Source: an uncultured virus (IMG/VR IMGVR_UViG_3300042860_003432) (Duplodnaviria > Heunggongvirae > Uroviricota > Caudoviricetes). From it: a stretch of 20,000 nt of DNA. The position numbers and the translations under genes were made by a program. The stretch is taken from IMG/VR virus record IMGVR_UViG_3300042860_003432. One strand, given 5' to 3'. This document shows, piece by piece, positions 7,354 to 15,772 of this stretch (the first letter of the stretch is position 1; each line of letters begins with the position of its first letter). Under the pieces are notes generated by a model. That model had not been told where the DNA came from. It made no database searches and saw only the letters and a program-made list of their open reading frames with translations.

Positions 7354-7913
7354 ACAGACACAATCTGTTTAATCTTATTTATGCTGCTCGCCGCATCTTT
7401 ATGTAAAATAGCAATTCTATTTTCACCGGAATTTTCCCAAGCAGTTATATTCTTGTCTGTATCATCAAGTAGTATATGAGTAAGTCTGACATCCGCTCTA
7501 TCAATGATATATTGTGGCTTTGATACGCCGGACGAAGCAATAATAACTTGAACACTTGGGTCTATATGCTTGCGTATCCATGCAGTTTTCTGCTCTTTTA
7601 TTTTTGTGCCGATGCCTGCACTCAGTACAACAGCGGGTGGATCTTTGAATCTATCTTTTATATAATCCCAAAGAACTTTAGCGTCTGGCAATGGTTCTAG
7701 GTCAAGCCAGAAATTAGGATTTTTATTTACTACTTTCCAAAAAGTGTTTTTGCCATTTTTTGCTTCATAGTCTTGAGGAGATAATCCGCCAGAAACTGCC
7801 TTGAATCCTTTATCAAGGTTTACAAGAACTCCGTCCATATCCACATACATTTGATATTTAAGTGGAGACTTTTCTTCTACTTCTTTCAATAGATTTTTTA
7901 GGAGTATATGCAT
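7350..7913 (-). CDS. HAD-superfamily 5'(3')-deoxyribonucleotidase-like protein (NT5C type)
   Basis: HAD motif I YVDMDGVL, FWLDLEPLPDA, motif II VLSA, a conserved K..W and motif IV ILLDD..N...W. Confidence 0.85.
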   Translation of the reverse strand: MHILLKNLLKEVEEKSPLKYQMYVDMDGVLVNLDKGFKAVSGGLSPQDYEAKNGKNTFWKVVNKNPNFWLDLEPLPDAKVLWDYIKDRFKDPPAVVLSAGIGTKIKEQKTAWIRKHIDPSVQVIIASSGVSKPQYIIDRADVRLTHILLDDTDKNITAWENSGENRIAILHKDAASSINKIKQIVSV

Positions 7914-7917
7914 ATTT

Positions 7918-7925
7918 TATAAATA
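7918..7925 (-). promoter_or_regulatory. Candidate late promoter motif TATTTATA
   Basis: Occupies most of the 12-nt gap before the nucleotidase ATG. Confidence 0.5.
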
Positions 7926-8723
7926 TCACGGTTTTGTTGAATGCACAAGTTTTTTCTTTGAGTTTTCCCAAACTATCTCGACATCGTAACCGACCGACAT
8001 TAACTTATTTGTTTTAATGGCATCTTTGTCCCATTTTTCTTTTGCTGTCATGCGCAAAGATTTATTATAATAATCTGATTTGTATTTTTTAGGATTGCAA
8101 TGCCAATAATCCCCATAGCACTCAATTACTTTTTTGATCGAAGGTATATAAATGTCCACAGAACAATGAACGTCTTTTAGATATTTTTCAAGAACTGCAT
8201 CTGGATATTTTAATAAAACAAGATCATACGTTTGTTTTTGAAACTTTGATATGCGTTTTCCGTTTGATAATATAGCAGAAGGGCTATCAAAATAGCACGC
8301 GGTTCCGTATTTTTTCATACAAGTATTTGCAGCTTTTTCTGGGTTGTTGTATTTATAATTTCCGTATTTTTCTAGTTTGGTTTTTGATATTTTCTCAACC
8401 GAGATTGGATCTTTCATAGGATTGTTGTCATTTATCCAAATTTTAAGTTTTTCTCTCTTTTCTTTTGAACTTCTGTTACATTCATTTGAGCAATATTGCT
8501 GCAATTTTCCAGATCTTGGGTGTAGTATTCTTTTATATCTGTCAAACGGTTTATTGCAATTTAAGCAATTTACAATTTCGTGATTTTGCGATTTTCTCCA
8601 AGCATACATTGCTTTTGTATCTATGAATCTTTTATTTCTGTGCTTCCAATCAACAGTAAAAGATTTACCGGTCCATTCGCAAATTTTATTTATTGACATT
8701 GGGTTTCCATAATTTGTTTTCAT
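7926..8723 (-). CDS. Putative Vsr/DUF559-like (PD-(D/E)XK) homing endonuclease with Zn ribbon and KYG repeats
   Basis: Contains CLNC..YCSNEC, KTKLEKYG and TCMKKYG, and VDIYIP..VIECYGDYWH..D..K...GYDVEIVWE. The start is more likely the ATG at 8723 (or 8699) than the TTG at 8753. Confidence 0.75.
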   Translation of the reverse strand: MKTNYGNPMSINKICEWTGKSFTVDWKHRNKRFIDTKAMYAWRKSQNHEIVNCLNCNKPFDRYKRILHPRSGKLQQYCSNECNRSSKEKREKLKIWINDNNPMKDPISVEKISKTKLEKYGNYKYNNPEKAANTCMKKYGTACYFDSPSAILSNGKRISKFQKQTYDLVLLKYPDAVLEKYLKDVHCSVDIYIPSIKKVIECYGDYWHCNPKKYKSDYYNKSLRMTAKEKWDKDAIKTNKLMSVGYDVEIVWENSKKKLVHSTKP

Positions 8724-8774
8724 ATAAATATAAATATATGAACCGGTAGGCAAAATGATGAAATCTTGCTATAT

Positions 8775-8806
8775 AAAAAAGAAACCCACTAAAAAGTGGG
8801 TTTCTT
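8775..8806 (-). terminator. Intrinsic terminator after the tail sheath gene
   Basis: Perfect 12-bp inverted repeat AAGAAACCCACT-4 nt-AGTGGGTTTCTT, followed by a U tract on the minus strand, about 20 nt after the stop. Confidence 0.85.
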
Positions 8807-8825
8807 GTAATCAATTTTTTATGAT

Positions 8826-11800
8826 TTATGCGCTCGGAAAAACGGCACCCGAAGGGAGTACATTGAAGTCCAATACAATCATTTCAGCGGTACGTGTTGG
8901 CTGAATATAGATCTGACCATACAATATGCCACGATCAACTAGATCAGGTGTATTGTTGCTGTCGTCCATAACAACCTTGAAGGCATACACACCCGAACGC
9001 TGCTGTACGCTTTCCAAGTATGGATTGACGATGTTCAAGAAACGTTGACGAGTTGTTGCTACGTTCTGTTCAAACACTAGGAATCTTGAAGAAGAAGCGA
9101 TGAACTTCTTCAACGCGATCAATAGACGGCGAACATTTACGCGATCCAATGCACTTGGATTACGTTGCAGTGTCTTCTGACCCCAAGCCACAACGCCTTG
9201 ACCAGGAAACGCGGCGATTGGGTTTACGTGACCTTCATATAGAGTATCACGTTCAGTGTGTGTCAATCTATCTGCTACAGACACAGCCGTTGGGATACCG
9301 CCTCGATTTAGACCTGCTGGGGCAAACCACTCAGCGGCAACTTTATCGTTGGCGGCATAGACGCCCATCATTACTACTGAAGGAGGAACGTTCATGATCT
9401 TGTTACTATTGGTCTCAGTAACTTTGACCCAAGGATAATATGTTGCAGCATAGTTTGTATCAAACTGACCGGCCAGATCTACTACGTTTTGAATAGCAGT
9501 TGCACCGGCTGTTTGATTTGGAGCAATGTCCATGATATAGAATGCGTCGCCACGACGTTCGCACATATCAACGATTGAAGTTGCTACATATGCGTGGTCT
9601 TCGTAGTTAATGCCGGGAACAGTGATGAGGTTGAAATCAAACTCATCCGCATTGCTTAAAGCAGCAATTGATTGTCTATAAGCATATGTACCACGACTTG
9701 TTGACGTAGAGCAATCTAGTCCCTGTTGATTTGTTGGCAATATATCATTACCAATTAATACTGGAACAGATGGCGATTGACCATCAAATCCACCTTGGAA
9801 TCCTAGAACAAAACGACGCTTCTTAACATTTGTATTTTCTTGAGAAGCAACATACAATGGAGAAACTCCGCAATATGTTTCTAGGTCAAACGCAACATTA
9901 GCTCCTACCGCAGAACCTTGTGGTACTGGAGCGAAGTATTGCTTATTGTCTAGTTCTGGACCGACGCTAGATCCATTTGGATATAGAGCAGCAAGATCCG
10001 CGTCTGCTTGTGCTGGTGCTGGTTGGAATACTACACCAGAAGCATATCTACCTGGCTGTAACAAGTACGCCGAGGCAGAGCAGTATTGCATCGCAGGAAT
10101 CTTGCCCAAACGAGCATAATCACCGCCGACTGGTGTGGCATATGGACCAAATCCATATGGAATTGCGTCAACTGGCCATGGAGCAGTTGCCATTTCAACA
10201 CGAACATATTTGCTCTTTTGTGGGAAGTCTCCAAATTCCAGAATCTTACCGTTGAAGTCGATATAGTTGTATGTGTCACCAATACGACGAGCAACATAAT
10301 TTGCACTATTGACATCCAAGTTTAGATTATCAAAACGTTCTAGATATACAGGCTTTAGGTCTGTATCACTATAGCTGCGAACCGCCAACGTGAATGAACC
10401 ATACGAGGTGCCAGGTACAGAACCAGGTGACTTTACGTTTGATATTTCAAGTTTATATGCTGTATTTGCAGCGGTGCCATCTGTCAGAGTATGTACCTTG
10501 AATAGATCATATGCAGCACTCGAAGACACTCCGCTACCAGTAAAGGCAGCAATTAGCTGTGAGCGAATGAACGGAGTATATGCATTTGTGAGATCAAATG
10601 CGGAAGTTCCATCTGCTGGCTCAATACCATCTTCAAAATCCATTGCGTCGCGAGAAAAAATAGCAATCTTCCAGCTACCAGAAGCAAGCATTTGATTTAT
10701 AATTGTTTTGGTACGATGTTTGAAGTTTTTGTATGTGTATGCTGCTTCAATCTTTTGACCAGCAGCAACAGGAACATAACCAGCTTTTGGATCAGTACCA
10801 AACACGTTTGTAATATATTTGTTTGATTCTTCGTCCAATGAGAACTGATATGTACCATAAGAAGAACTTGCCGTATTTCCGCTTCCATCTGTATAGATAG
10901 TGTTTAACGCCAACGAGAAATCGGCGGTGACAGAAACGACCGACGATGTTGATAGCAAAGATCCGCTGAATCCATATAGATTCTGACTGCGATCATATGC
11001 GGTATTTGCCAATACGGCCAACAATACGCTATCACTTCCGGTGGCATAAGAAGAACTTCCACACCCATCCTCGGTCAATCCAACACCTGGAGTAAATGCG
11101 TTTGGATTGAACGCACCATATGAGCCAGTTAATACACCTTCAATTTCAAGTTCAAAATCGCAAGCACCTGGTATGCGGCGGATTGTCAATGAAGACAATC
11201 TTGAACCGTTCCAAGGAGCATCGCCAGAAATAGTGAATGAGGTATTTGTCGCAGAAGCTGTGGCAAAGAAGTAATCCAAGCAACCATCGGAAGCAGTAAC
11301 TGCTCCGTATAGGTTTGTTGAAGAGCTTGCAAATGTAGCAACTTGTAGTGTACCAACTTCGATGGTTTCATCCTCATAGAAACCGCTATCAAATGTTACG
11401 CTAACGCTACCAGTAATTTTGAATACGCTATTTGCCGCAGAATTTGGATATAATGTTGCGTCAAGTAGAGAACCAGAAACTACCGAATTTTCTTGAAAGC
11501 GTCCATATTGACCAGGTGTAGCTGTGACAAACAATGCTTTCTGTTGATTGTATCCAGAAAGACCGCCAACGCGGACAACTGTGACTTGTCCTTGCTGACG
11601 AAGATATTGCTGGGCTGTGATTGGGCCGTATAGTGTGCCGTCCGCATCACCGAAGATGGTGCTTAAATCACCTTCGCTGTTAATTACGGTTGGTGAAAAT
11701 CCCGGTCCTTTTGGGAATGGGGCTACTACCACGCCGCCGATTGCTGCTACGCCCTGTGCAAGAAACGATTGATCTACTTCTCTGGTGAATACACCAGGCG

Positions 11801-11849
11801 AAACGATTCGTTCTGAAGGGCTATATGTTCCATTTTGTTCGATTGCCAT
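8826..11849 (-). CDS. Contractile tail sheath protein (T4 gp18-like)
   Basis: N-terminal SPGVFTREVDQS and C-terminal YAATYYPWV..WFAPAGLNRG..LYEGHVNPI..WGQKTLQ..LDRVNVRRL..IQPTRTAE; an AGGAG ribosome-binding site lies upstream. Confidence 0.95.
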   Translation of the reverse strand: MAIEQNGTYSPSERIVSPGVFTREVDQSFLAQGVAAIGGVVVAPFPKGPGFSPTVINSEGDLSTIFGDADGTLYGPITAQQYLRQQGQVTVVRVGGLSGYNQQKALFVTATPGQYGRFQENSVVSGSLLDATLYPNSAANSVFKITGSVSVTFDSGFYEDETIEVGTLQVATFASSSTNLYGAVTASDGCLDYFFATASATNTSFTISGDAPWNGSRLSSLTIRRIPGACDFELEIEGVLTGSYGAFNPNAFTPGVGLTEDGCGSSSYATGSDSVLLAVLANTAYDRSQNLYGFSGSLLSTSSVVSVTADFSLALNTIYTDGSGNTASSSYGTYQFSLDEESNKYITNVFGTDPKAGYVPVAAGQKIEAAYTYKNFKHRTKTIINQMLASGSWKIAIFSRDAMDFEDGIEPADGTSAFDLTNAYTPFIRSQLIAAFTGSGVSSSAAYDLFKVHTLTDGTAANTAYKLEISNVKSPGSVPGTSYGSFTLAVRSYSDTDLKPVYLERFDNLNLDVNSANYVARRIGDTYNYIDFNGKILEFGDFPQKSKYVRVEMATAPWPVDAIPYGFGPYATPVGGDYARLGKIPAMQYCSASAYLLQPGRYASGVVFQPAPAQADADLAALYPNGSSVGPELDNKQYFAPVPQGSAVGANVAFDLETYCGVSPLYVASQENTNVKKRRFVLGFQGGFDGQSPSVPVLIGNDILPTNQQGLDCSTSTSRGTYAYRQSIAALSNADEFDFNLITVPGINYEDHAYVATSIVDMCERRGDAFYIMDIAPNQTAGATAIQNVVDLAGQFDTNYAATYYPWVKVTETNSNKIMNVPPSVVMMGVYAANDKVAAEWFAPAGLNRGGIPTAVSVADRLTHTERDTLYEGHVNPIAAFPGQGVVAWGQKTLQRNPSALDRVNVRRLLIALKKFIASSSRFLVFEQNVATTRQRFLNIVNPYLESVQQRSGVYAFKVVMDDSNNTPDLVDRGILYGQIYIQPTRTAEMIVLDFNVLPSGAVFPSA

Positions 11850-11881
11850 AGTTTTTTAACTCCTATATAAAAAGTTGTAAA

Positions 11882-11889
11882 TATAAATA
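11882..11889 (-). promoter_or_regulatory. Candidate late promoter motif TATTTATA upstream of the sheath
   Basis: Lies between the upstream terminator and the sheath RBS, where a new promoter is needed. Confidence 0.55.
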
Positions 11890-11911
11890 TGACACTAATT
11901 TTTCAAACAAT

Positions 11912-11941
11912 AAAAAATCCTCCACTAATATGGAGGATTTT
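11912..11941 (-). terminator. Intrinsic terminator (possibly bidirectional)
   Basis: Perfect 11-bp inverted repeat AAAATCCTCCA-6 nt-TGGAGGATTTT with U6 on the minus strand. Confidence 0.85.
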
Positions 11942-11967
11942 GGGTATTATAATAAATATAACTATTA

Positions 11968-12258
11968 TTACGATCTTGGCGTAAATGCGCCTGTATTAAT
12001 ATCAAACGTACCTTCGCCATACTTGGCTACGATCTTATCCAAAAATACTTTTTCTTGGGCTTCTATAGCAGCCAATCGTTCATTAAGTCGCTTTTCTGTT
12101 TTGGCTATTTCACGCTTTTGCATTTCTAATTGACCAAGCGAAATAGTAGCTTGTTCATATGCTTCGCGAATAGCAGTTAGTTCTTGTATTTCTACTGCAT
12201 CAAATATTTTTTGCTCAAGTGATGCAGGCTGTTGTATGTTTGGTGTATTTAGTTCCAT
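11968..12258 (-). CDS. Hypothetical coiled-coil phage protein
   Basis: 96 aa, helical and heptad-like, ending KYGEGTFDINTGAF. Confidence 0.75.
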   Translation of the reverse strand: MELNTPNIQQPASLEQKIFDAVEIQELTAIREAYEQATISLGQLEMQKREIAKTEKRLNERLAAIEAQEKVFLDKIVAKYGEGTFDINTGAFTPRS

Positions 12259-12319
12259 AATGTTTTATAACGGTTTATATATGTATATATACAGAATTTT
12301 GTATAAAAAATCAAGTATT

Positions 12320-12631
12320 TTAATTCCAAGGTGCTGGCAATCCTTGTGTGGTTTGTGCCGTTGAAGCAATTACTTGTTCAATAAGATTGTCTGTTATTTT
12401 TTGCGTATCAAGAAATTGTTCGGTCCAACCTTGTACAATTTGTTGTGTAAGTTGATTAAAAGGTACTATAGAATTTAATTCACCTAGTACGAGTCGTACT
12501 ATACCCACATTGGATGCTGAAGAAGCGCTATCCGTAGCAGTTACAACATAACCGTAACTATAAACTACATCGTTTAAACCATTATATGTGTTATACACAT
12601 TGAAGTTGTTATATTGCCATGATATATTCAT
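12320..12631 (-). CDS. Hypothetical tail-fibre-associated protein (possible assembly chaperone)
   Basis: 103 aa with FNQLTQQIVQGW and a terminal LPAPW, directly after fibre-like genes. Function is inferred from position only. Confidence 0.65.
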   Translation of the reverse strand: MNISWQYNNFNVYNTYNGLNDVVYSYGYVVTATDSASSASNVGIVRLVLGELNSIVPFNQLTQQIVQGWTEQFLDTQKITDNLIEQVIASTAQTTQGLPAPWN

Positions 12632-12643
12632 ATGTTTTATTTT

Positions 12644-13435
12644 TTAATATTTTATTACTATATAGCCTTGAACACCACTCCCGCCTCCACCTTGGCCATA
12701 ATTACTAGTATAGTCAGGATCGGTATTATTTCCCGGATTGGTTCCGCTACCGCTTATATTTGATACAAGATAGCCTCCTTCAAAGCCAGAAGTTGCGCCG
12801 CCACCTCCAGCACCTTGCCCACCACCCCCACCACCAGCATATCCACTACCACCCCCACCAGATTCTACGGTCGAGGTTTGATAATTTGGAGGGTCTTCTT
12901 CATCTGGGCATGAATTATCTCTACCTGGCTCGCCACCAGCCATAATGGATCCAGAAAAATTAGCATTAGCCCCAGCCGTAGGGTCTTCATCGTGACAGCC
13001 GGTACAATAAGCATTTCCGCCAAGACTACTTGTACCACCCCCAACACCACCATTCCCACTTTCTCCCGCGCCACCTCCACCTCCCGCAATAAAATACGAA
13101 TCTACATTTTTATATATTCTAGATCCTCCCCCACCAAGCCCCGCATGAATTTTTCCTCTCGGAATGTCGCAATTTTCCGTTAAATTTCTAGCGAGACCCC
13201 CCGCTCCTATATCTATATTTAACACATCGTTTGGTGCAACACTTAAGTAACCTCCGATAAATCCACTACCGCCACCAGTTCTGGTATCTCCGTTACCACC
13301 ACCTCCTCCTGCCCACAATTTTACATATAGTTGAGTAACATTATATGGAACCGTCCAAGTTGTAGTAGAAGTAAAATTTACGGTATTTGTAAATGTTTGG
13401 CCCGGCAACGAAACATTTATGGAATTCATGCTCAT
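12644..13435 (-). CDS. Glycine-rich domain protein, putative fibre-tip adhesin
   Basis: WTVP..WAGGGGG, GGGSG, IAGGGGGAG and SGGGGSGYAGGGGGG polyglycine runs. Start revised to 13435 (MSMNSI) to avoid a 49-nt overlap with the upstream gene. Confidence 0.75.
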   Translation of the reverse strand: MSMNSINVSLPGQTFTNTVNFTSTTTWTVPYNVTQLYVKLWAGGGGGNGDTRTGGGSGFIGGYLSVAPNDVLNIDIGAGGLARNLTENCDIPRGKIHAGLGGGGSRIYKNVDSYFIAGGGGGAGESGNGGVGGGTSSLGGNAYCTGCHDEDPTAGANANFSGSIMAGGEPGRDNSCPDEEDPPNYQTSTVESGGGGSGYAGGGGGGQGAGGGGATSGFEGGYLVSNISGSGTNPGNNTDPDYTSNYGQGGGGSGVQGYIVIKY

Positions 13436-13443
13436 AAGCAATA

Positions 13444-14268
13444 TCAAACCAGTCCAGTACCTGTTACATAAAATGTATTGCTTGATACACAAGTAATGCT
13501 TGCAATACCATATAATGCCAAAGTTCTGCTTCCTGTATTTGAGGTGCCCGCCTGACGTAATAATACAGAAGATCCTTGTGTAATTGATAATGTACTTGAG
13601 CCGCTGTTTATGACGGTAACAACATCACCAATATTAAATACAGAAGCAGGTACGGTTATGCTTGCGGTAGTGAATATATGTTTTCCATTATCTGTTCCGA
13701 CAAGAGTATATCCGGCAGTTTGCAAATTTTGAGGGATGTCTCTTACATTTCCATTAAAATCAAGTATAGATCCAGTAACAAACAAAGACCCGGTGATAAG
13801 TACACTCCCATTAACATCCAAAGAAGAATTTGGAGTGCCTTTATTTATACCTATGCTGCCGGAAGTAAGAATAGACCCTGTTATAAACATGCTACCGCTC
13901 ATACTCAATGAACCGGTTATAAATACACTACCACTTATATCCAACGCGGCATTATGTAATGGAGATTTTCTTACACCAACACTGCTGCCAGTAACAACCA
14001 GAGCATTTGTATTATATCGTCCCATTACTACTCTGTCGTCGCTGAATACTTCTAAAATAGGTAATCCAGAAATATCACTTACTGCCATCAAGCTACCAGA
14101 AAGACTATCTGATATGCTAAACAAACTTCCTGAATTACCAAGAAAAGCAATACTACCTGAAGTTAATACTTCTAATCTTATTGTATTAGCCTGACTGCCG
14201 CTGAATTGTATAACAGGAGCAGCAGTAGTAGAACTTCTATTTGGAATTATAAGAATATCTGACGGCAT
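13444..14268 (-). CDS. Tail fibre-like structural protein with [S/T/N]-G-S-hydrophobic beta repeats
   Basis: LDISGSVFITGSLSMSGSMFITGSILTSGSIGI and LDVNGSVLITGSLFVTGSI 6-residue repeats followed by a small beta-rich C-terminal domain. Confidence 0.7.
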   Translation of the reverse strand: MPSDILIIPNRSSTTAAPVIQFSGSQANTIRLEVLTSGSIAFLGNSGSLFSISDSLSGSLMAVSDISGLPILEVFSDDRVVMGRYNTNALVVTGSSVGVRKSPLHNAALDISGSVFITGSLSMSGSMFITGSILTSGSIGINKGTPNSSLDVNGSVLITGSLFVTGSILDFNGNVRDIPQNLQTAGYTLVGTDNGKHIFTTASITVPASVFNIGDVVTVINSGSSTLSITQGSSVLLRQAGTSNTGSRTLALYGIASITCVSSNTFYVTGTGLV

Positions 14269-14279
14269 AATTTATTATA

Positions 14280-14287
14280 TATAAATA
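14280..14287 (-). promoter_or_regulatory. Candidate late promoter motif TATTTATA
   Basis: 11 nt upstream of the ATG at 14268, in a 44-nt intergenic gap. Confidence 0.5.
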
Positions 14288-14312
14288 TAGATATATAAAA
14301 TTATTGTGGTTA

Positions 14313-15053
14313 TTATAAACCAAAACGTGATCTTGTTGAGTCGTAGTTTTGAAGGATTTCTGCATCAGATAATGCTCGATTATATATCATTACATTTCCA
14401 GTTTTATGATTTCCATATTTTCCATAAATACTGGCATCATTTCTTGCTATATCAACATATATTGATGTAGAAGTGCTGGTCACTGTTCCGCTACGTAAAG
14501 AACTCCCATTCGGTTGTTTTACCCCATTCACAAACATCTCTATAGTAGCGGTAAAACTTGGCACACGAGAGCAACAAAATAGCCATTTATTTTTTTCAAA
14601 TACAGTTGATGTCCAAAATTGATTAACCGTTGTTCCCCCAGCTCCTTGTATCATAGTGCATAATGTAAATGTAGTGCTACCGTTTCCTCCATTTCCTGTA
14701 TAATAAAATGCCCATCCAGCACCAACGCCTATATCATCTGCTTTTTTGACTATACCAAAAAAAGTATTAACACCCACAGGCACAGAATTCACATTTATCC
14801 AAGTGCAAATAGTCATAGTTGGTAAATTATCCAATATGTTTCCAAGATTTACAAAGTCGTTTGTACCATCAAAAACTATAGAACCAACACCATCTGTACT
14901 AAAAGTCGGTCCATTAGTCAATGAGCCCGTATAATTATTACCGGTCAAATCAACCCAAATAGTGCCAGAACCTGGATAACTCTTATTATTACCCGCATCC
15001 AAATGCAATACTAAACCATTTGATATTGTCTTGATTGGTGCTTCTATGCTCAT
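14313..15053 (-). CDS. LamG/concanavalin A-like lectin domain protein (paralogue 6)
   Basis: GLVLHLDAGN..SYPGSGT.W.DL, FDGTND.V, TICTWIN, MFVNG and IYNRALSDAEILQNY. Confidence 0.85.
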   Translation of the reverse strand: MSIEAPIKTISNGLVLHLDAGNNKSYPGSGTIWVDLTGNNYTGSLTNGPTFSTDGVGSIVFDGTNDFVNLGNILDNLPTMTICTWINVNSVPVGVNTFFGIVKKADDIGVGAGWAFYYTGNGGNGSTTFTLCTMIQGAGGTTVNQFWTSTVFEKNKWLFCCSRVPSFTATIEMFVNGVKQPNGSSLRSGTVTSTSTSIYVDIARNDASIYGKYGNHKTGNVMIYNRALSDAEILQNYDSTRSRFGL

Positions 15054-15772
15054 AGTCCAAATCTTGTTTTTGTTGCGTTATAGTTCTGAAGAACTTCAGA
15101 GGCAGATAATGCGCGGTTGTATACCTTAACCGAAGCAATTCCTCCGGAAAAATAACCATAATCTCCATAACCTACACGAGTATAATCTCCATACACCGTA
15201 GTTCTTGGGCTTAATAATCCAGTTCTTGCAAAACTACCATTAAAATACAATGTGGGTTGTTTATTGTTGTATACAGCAACTACATGCGAAAATGTTGTAC
15301 TTGGTATAGAGGCGGTATATATTAATATAGGAGCCAATAAAGAATTTCCGTGTTCAATGACAACCACAGAGTTTGTTCCTACTGATATACCTGCACCAGA
15401 ATTGGTGCCATAATTTGCCGGAGCAATCACATTTCTTTGCGAAGTTCCTAATCCCGCACCAGTACCTAAAGTTGATTCTGTTGCAGGTTGTAAATTAGTA
15501 GAAGTTGGTCTGCACCATATTTCATATGTAAAAGTATTAGTGGATATTCCAGAACTGGCTGTAATATTGCACTGGTCATTTGTATTATCAAAAATAATAT
15601 TACCATTATTGCTGCTATTATACGTTGGTCCATTAGTCAAAGTTCCACTATTACGATTTCCACTTAAATCAACCCACGAAGTTCCACTGCCCGGATAACT
15701 TTTGCTATTGGCGGCATCCAGATACAATACCAATCCATTAGTAACTATAGTTGGTCCGTTATAATAGCTCAT
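15050..15772 (-). CDS. LamG/concanavalin A-like lectin domain protein (paralogue 5)
   Basis: GLVLYLDAAN, TYEIW, HVVAVY..LYFNG and VYNRALSASEVLQNY. Confidence 0.85.
   Translation of the reverse strand: MSYYNGPTIVTNGLVLYLDAANSKSYPGSGTSWVDLSGNRNSGTLTNGPTYNSSNNGNIIFDNTNDQCNITASSGISTNTFTYEIWCRPTSTNLQPATESTLGTGAGLGTSQRNVIAPANYGTNSGAGISVGTNSVVVIEHGNSLLAPILIYTASIPSTTFSHVVAVYNNKQPTLYFNGSFARTGLLSPRTTVYGDYTRVGYGDYGYFSGGIASVKVYNRALSASEVLQNYNATKTRFGL

Noticed and set aside
3967..8753. Endonucleases as intron- or intein-encoded
   Set aside because: Flanking genes (tube, sheath, nucleotidase) appear intact, and I saw no split gene or intein splice motifs; the endonucleases look free-standing.
12267..12314. 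Sigma70-like promoter TTGATT-N17-TATATA upstream of the 96-aa gene
   Set aside because: Both boxes are weak, the conserved final T of the -10 is missing, and the context is very AT-rich.
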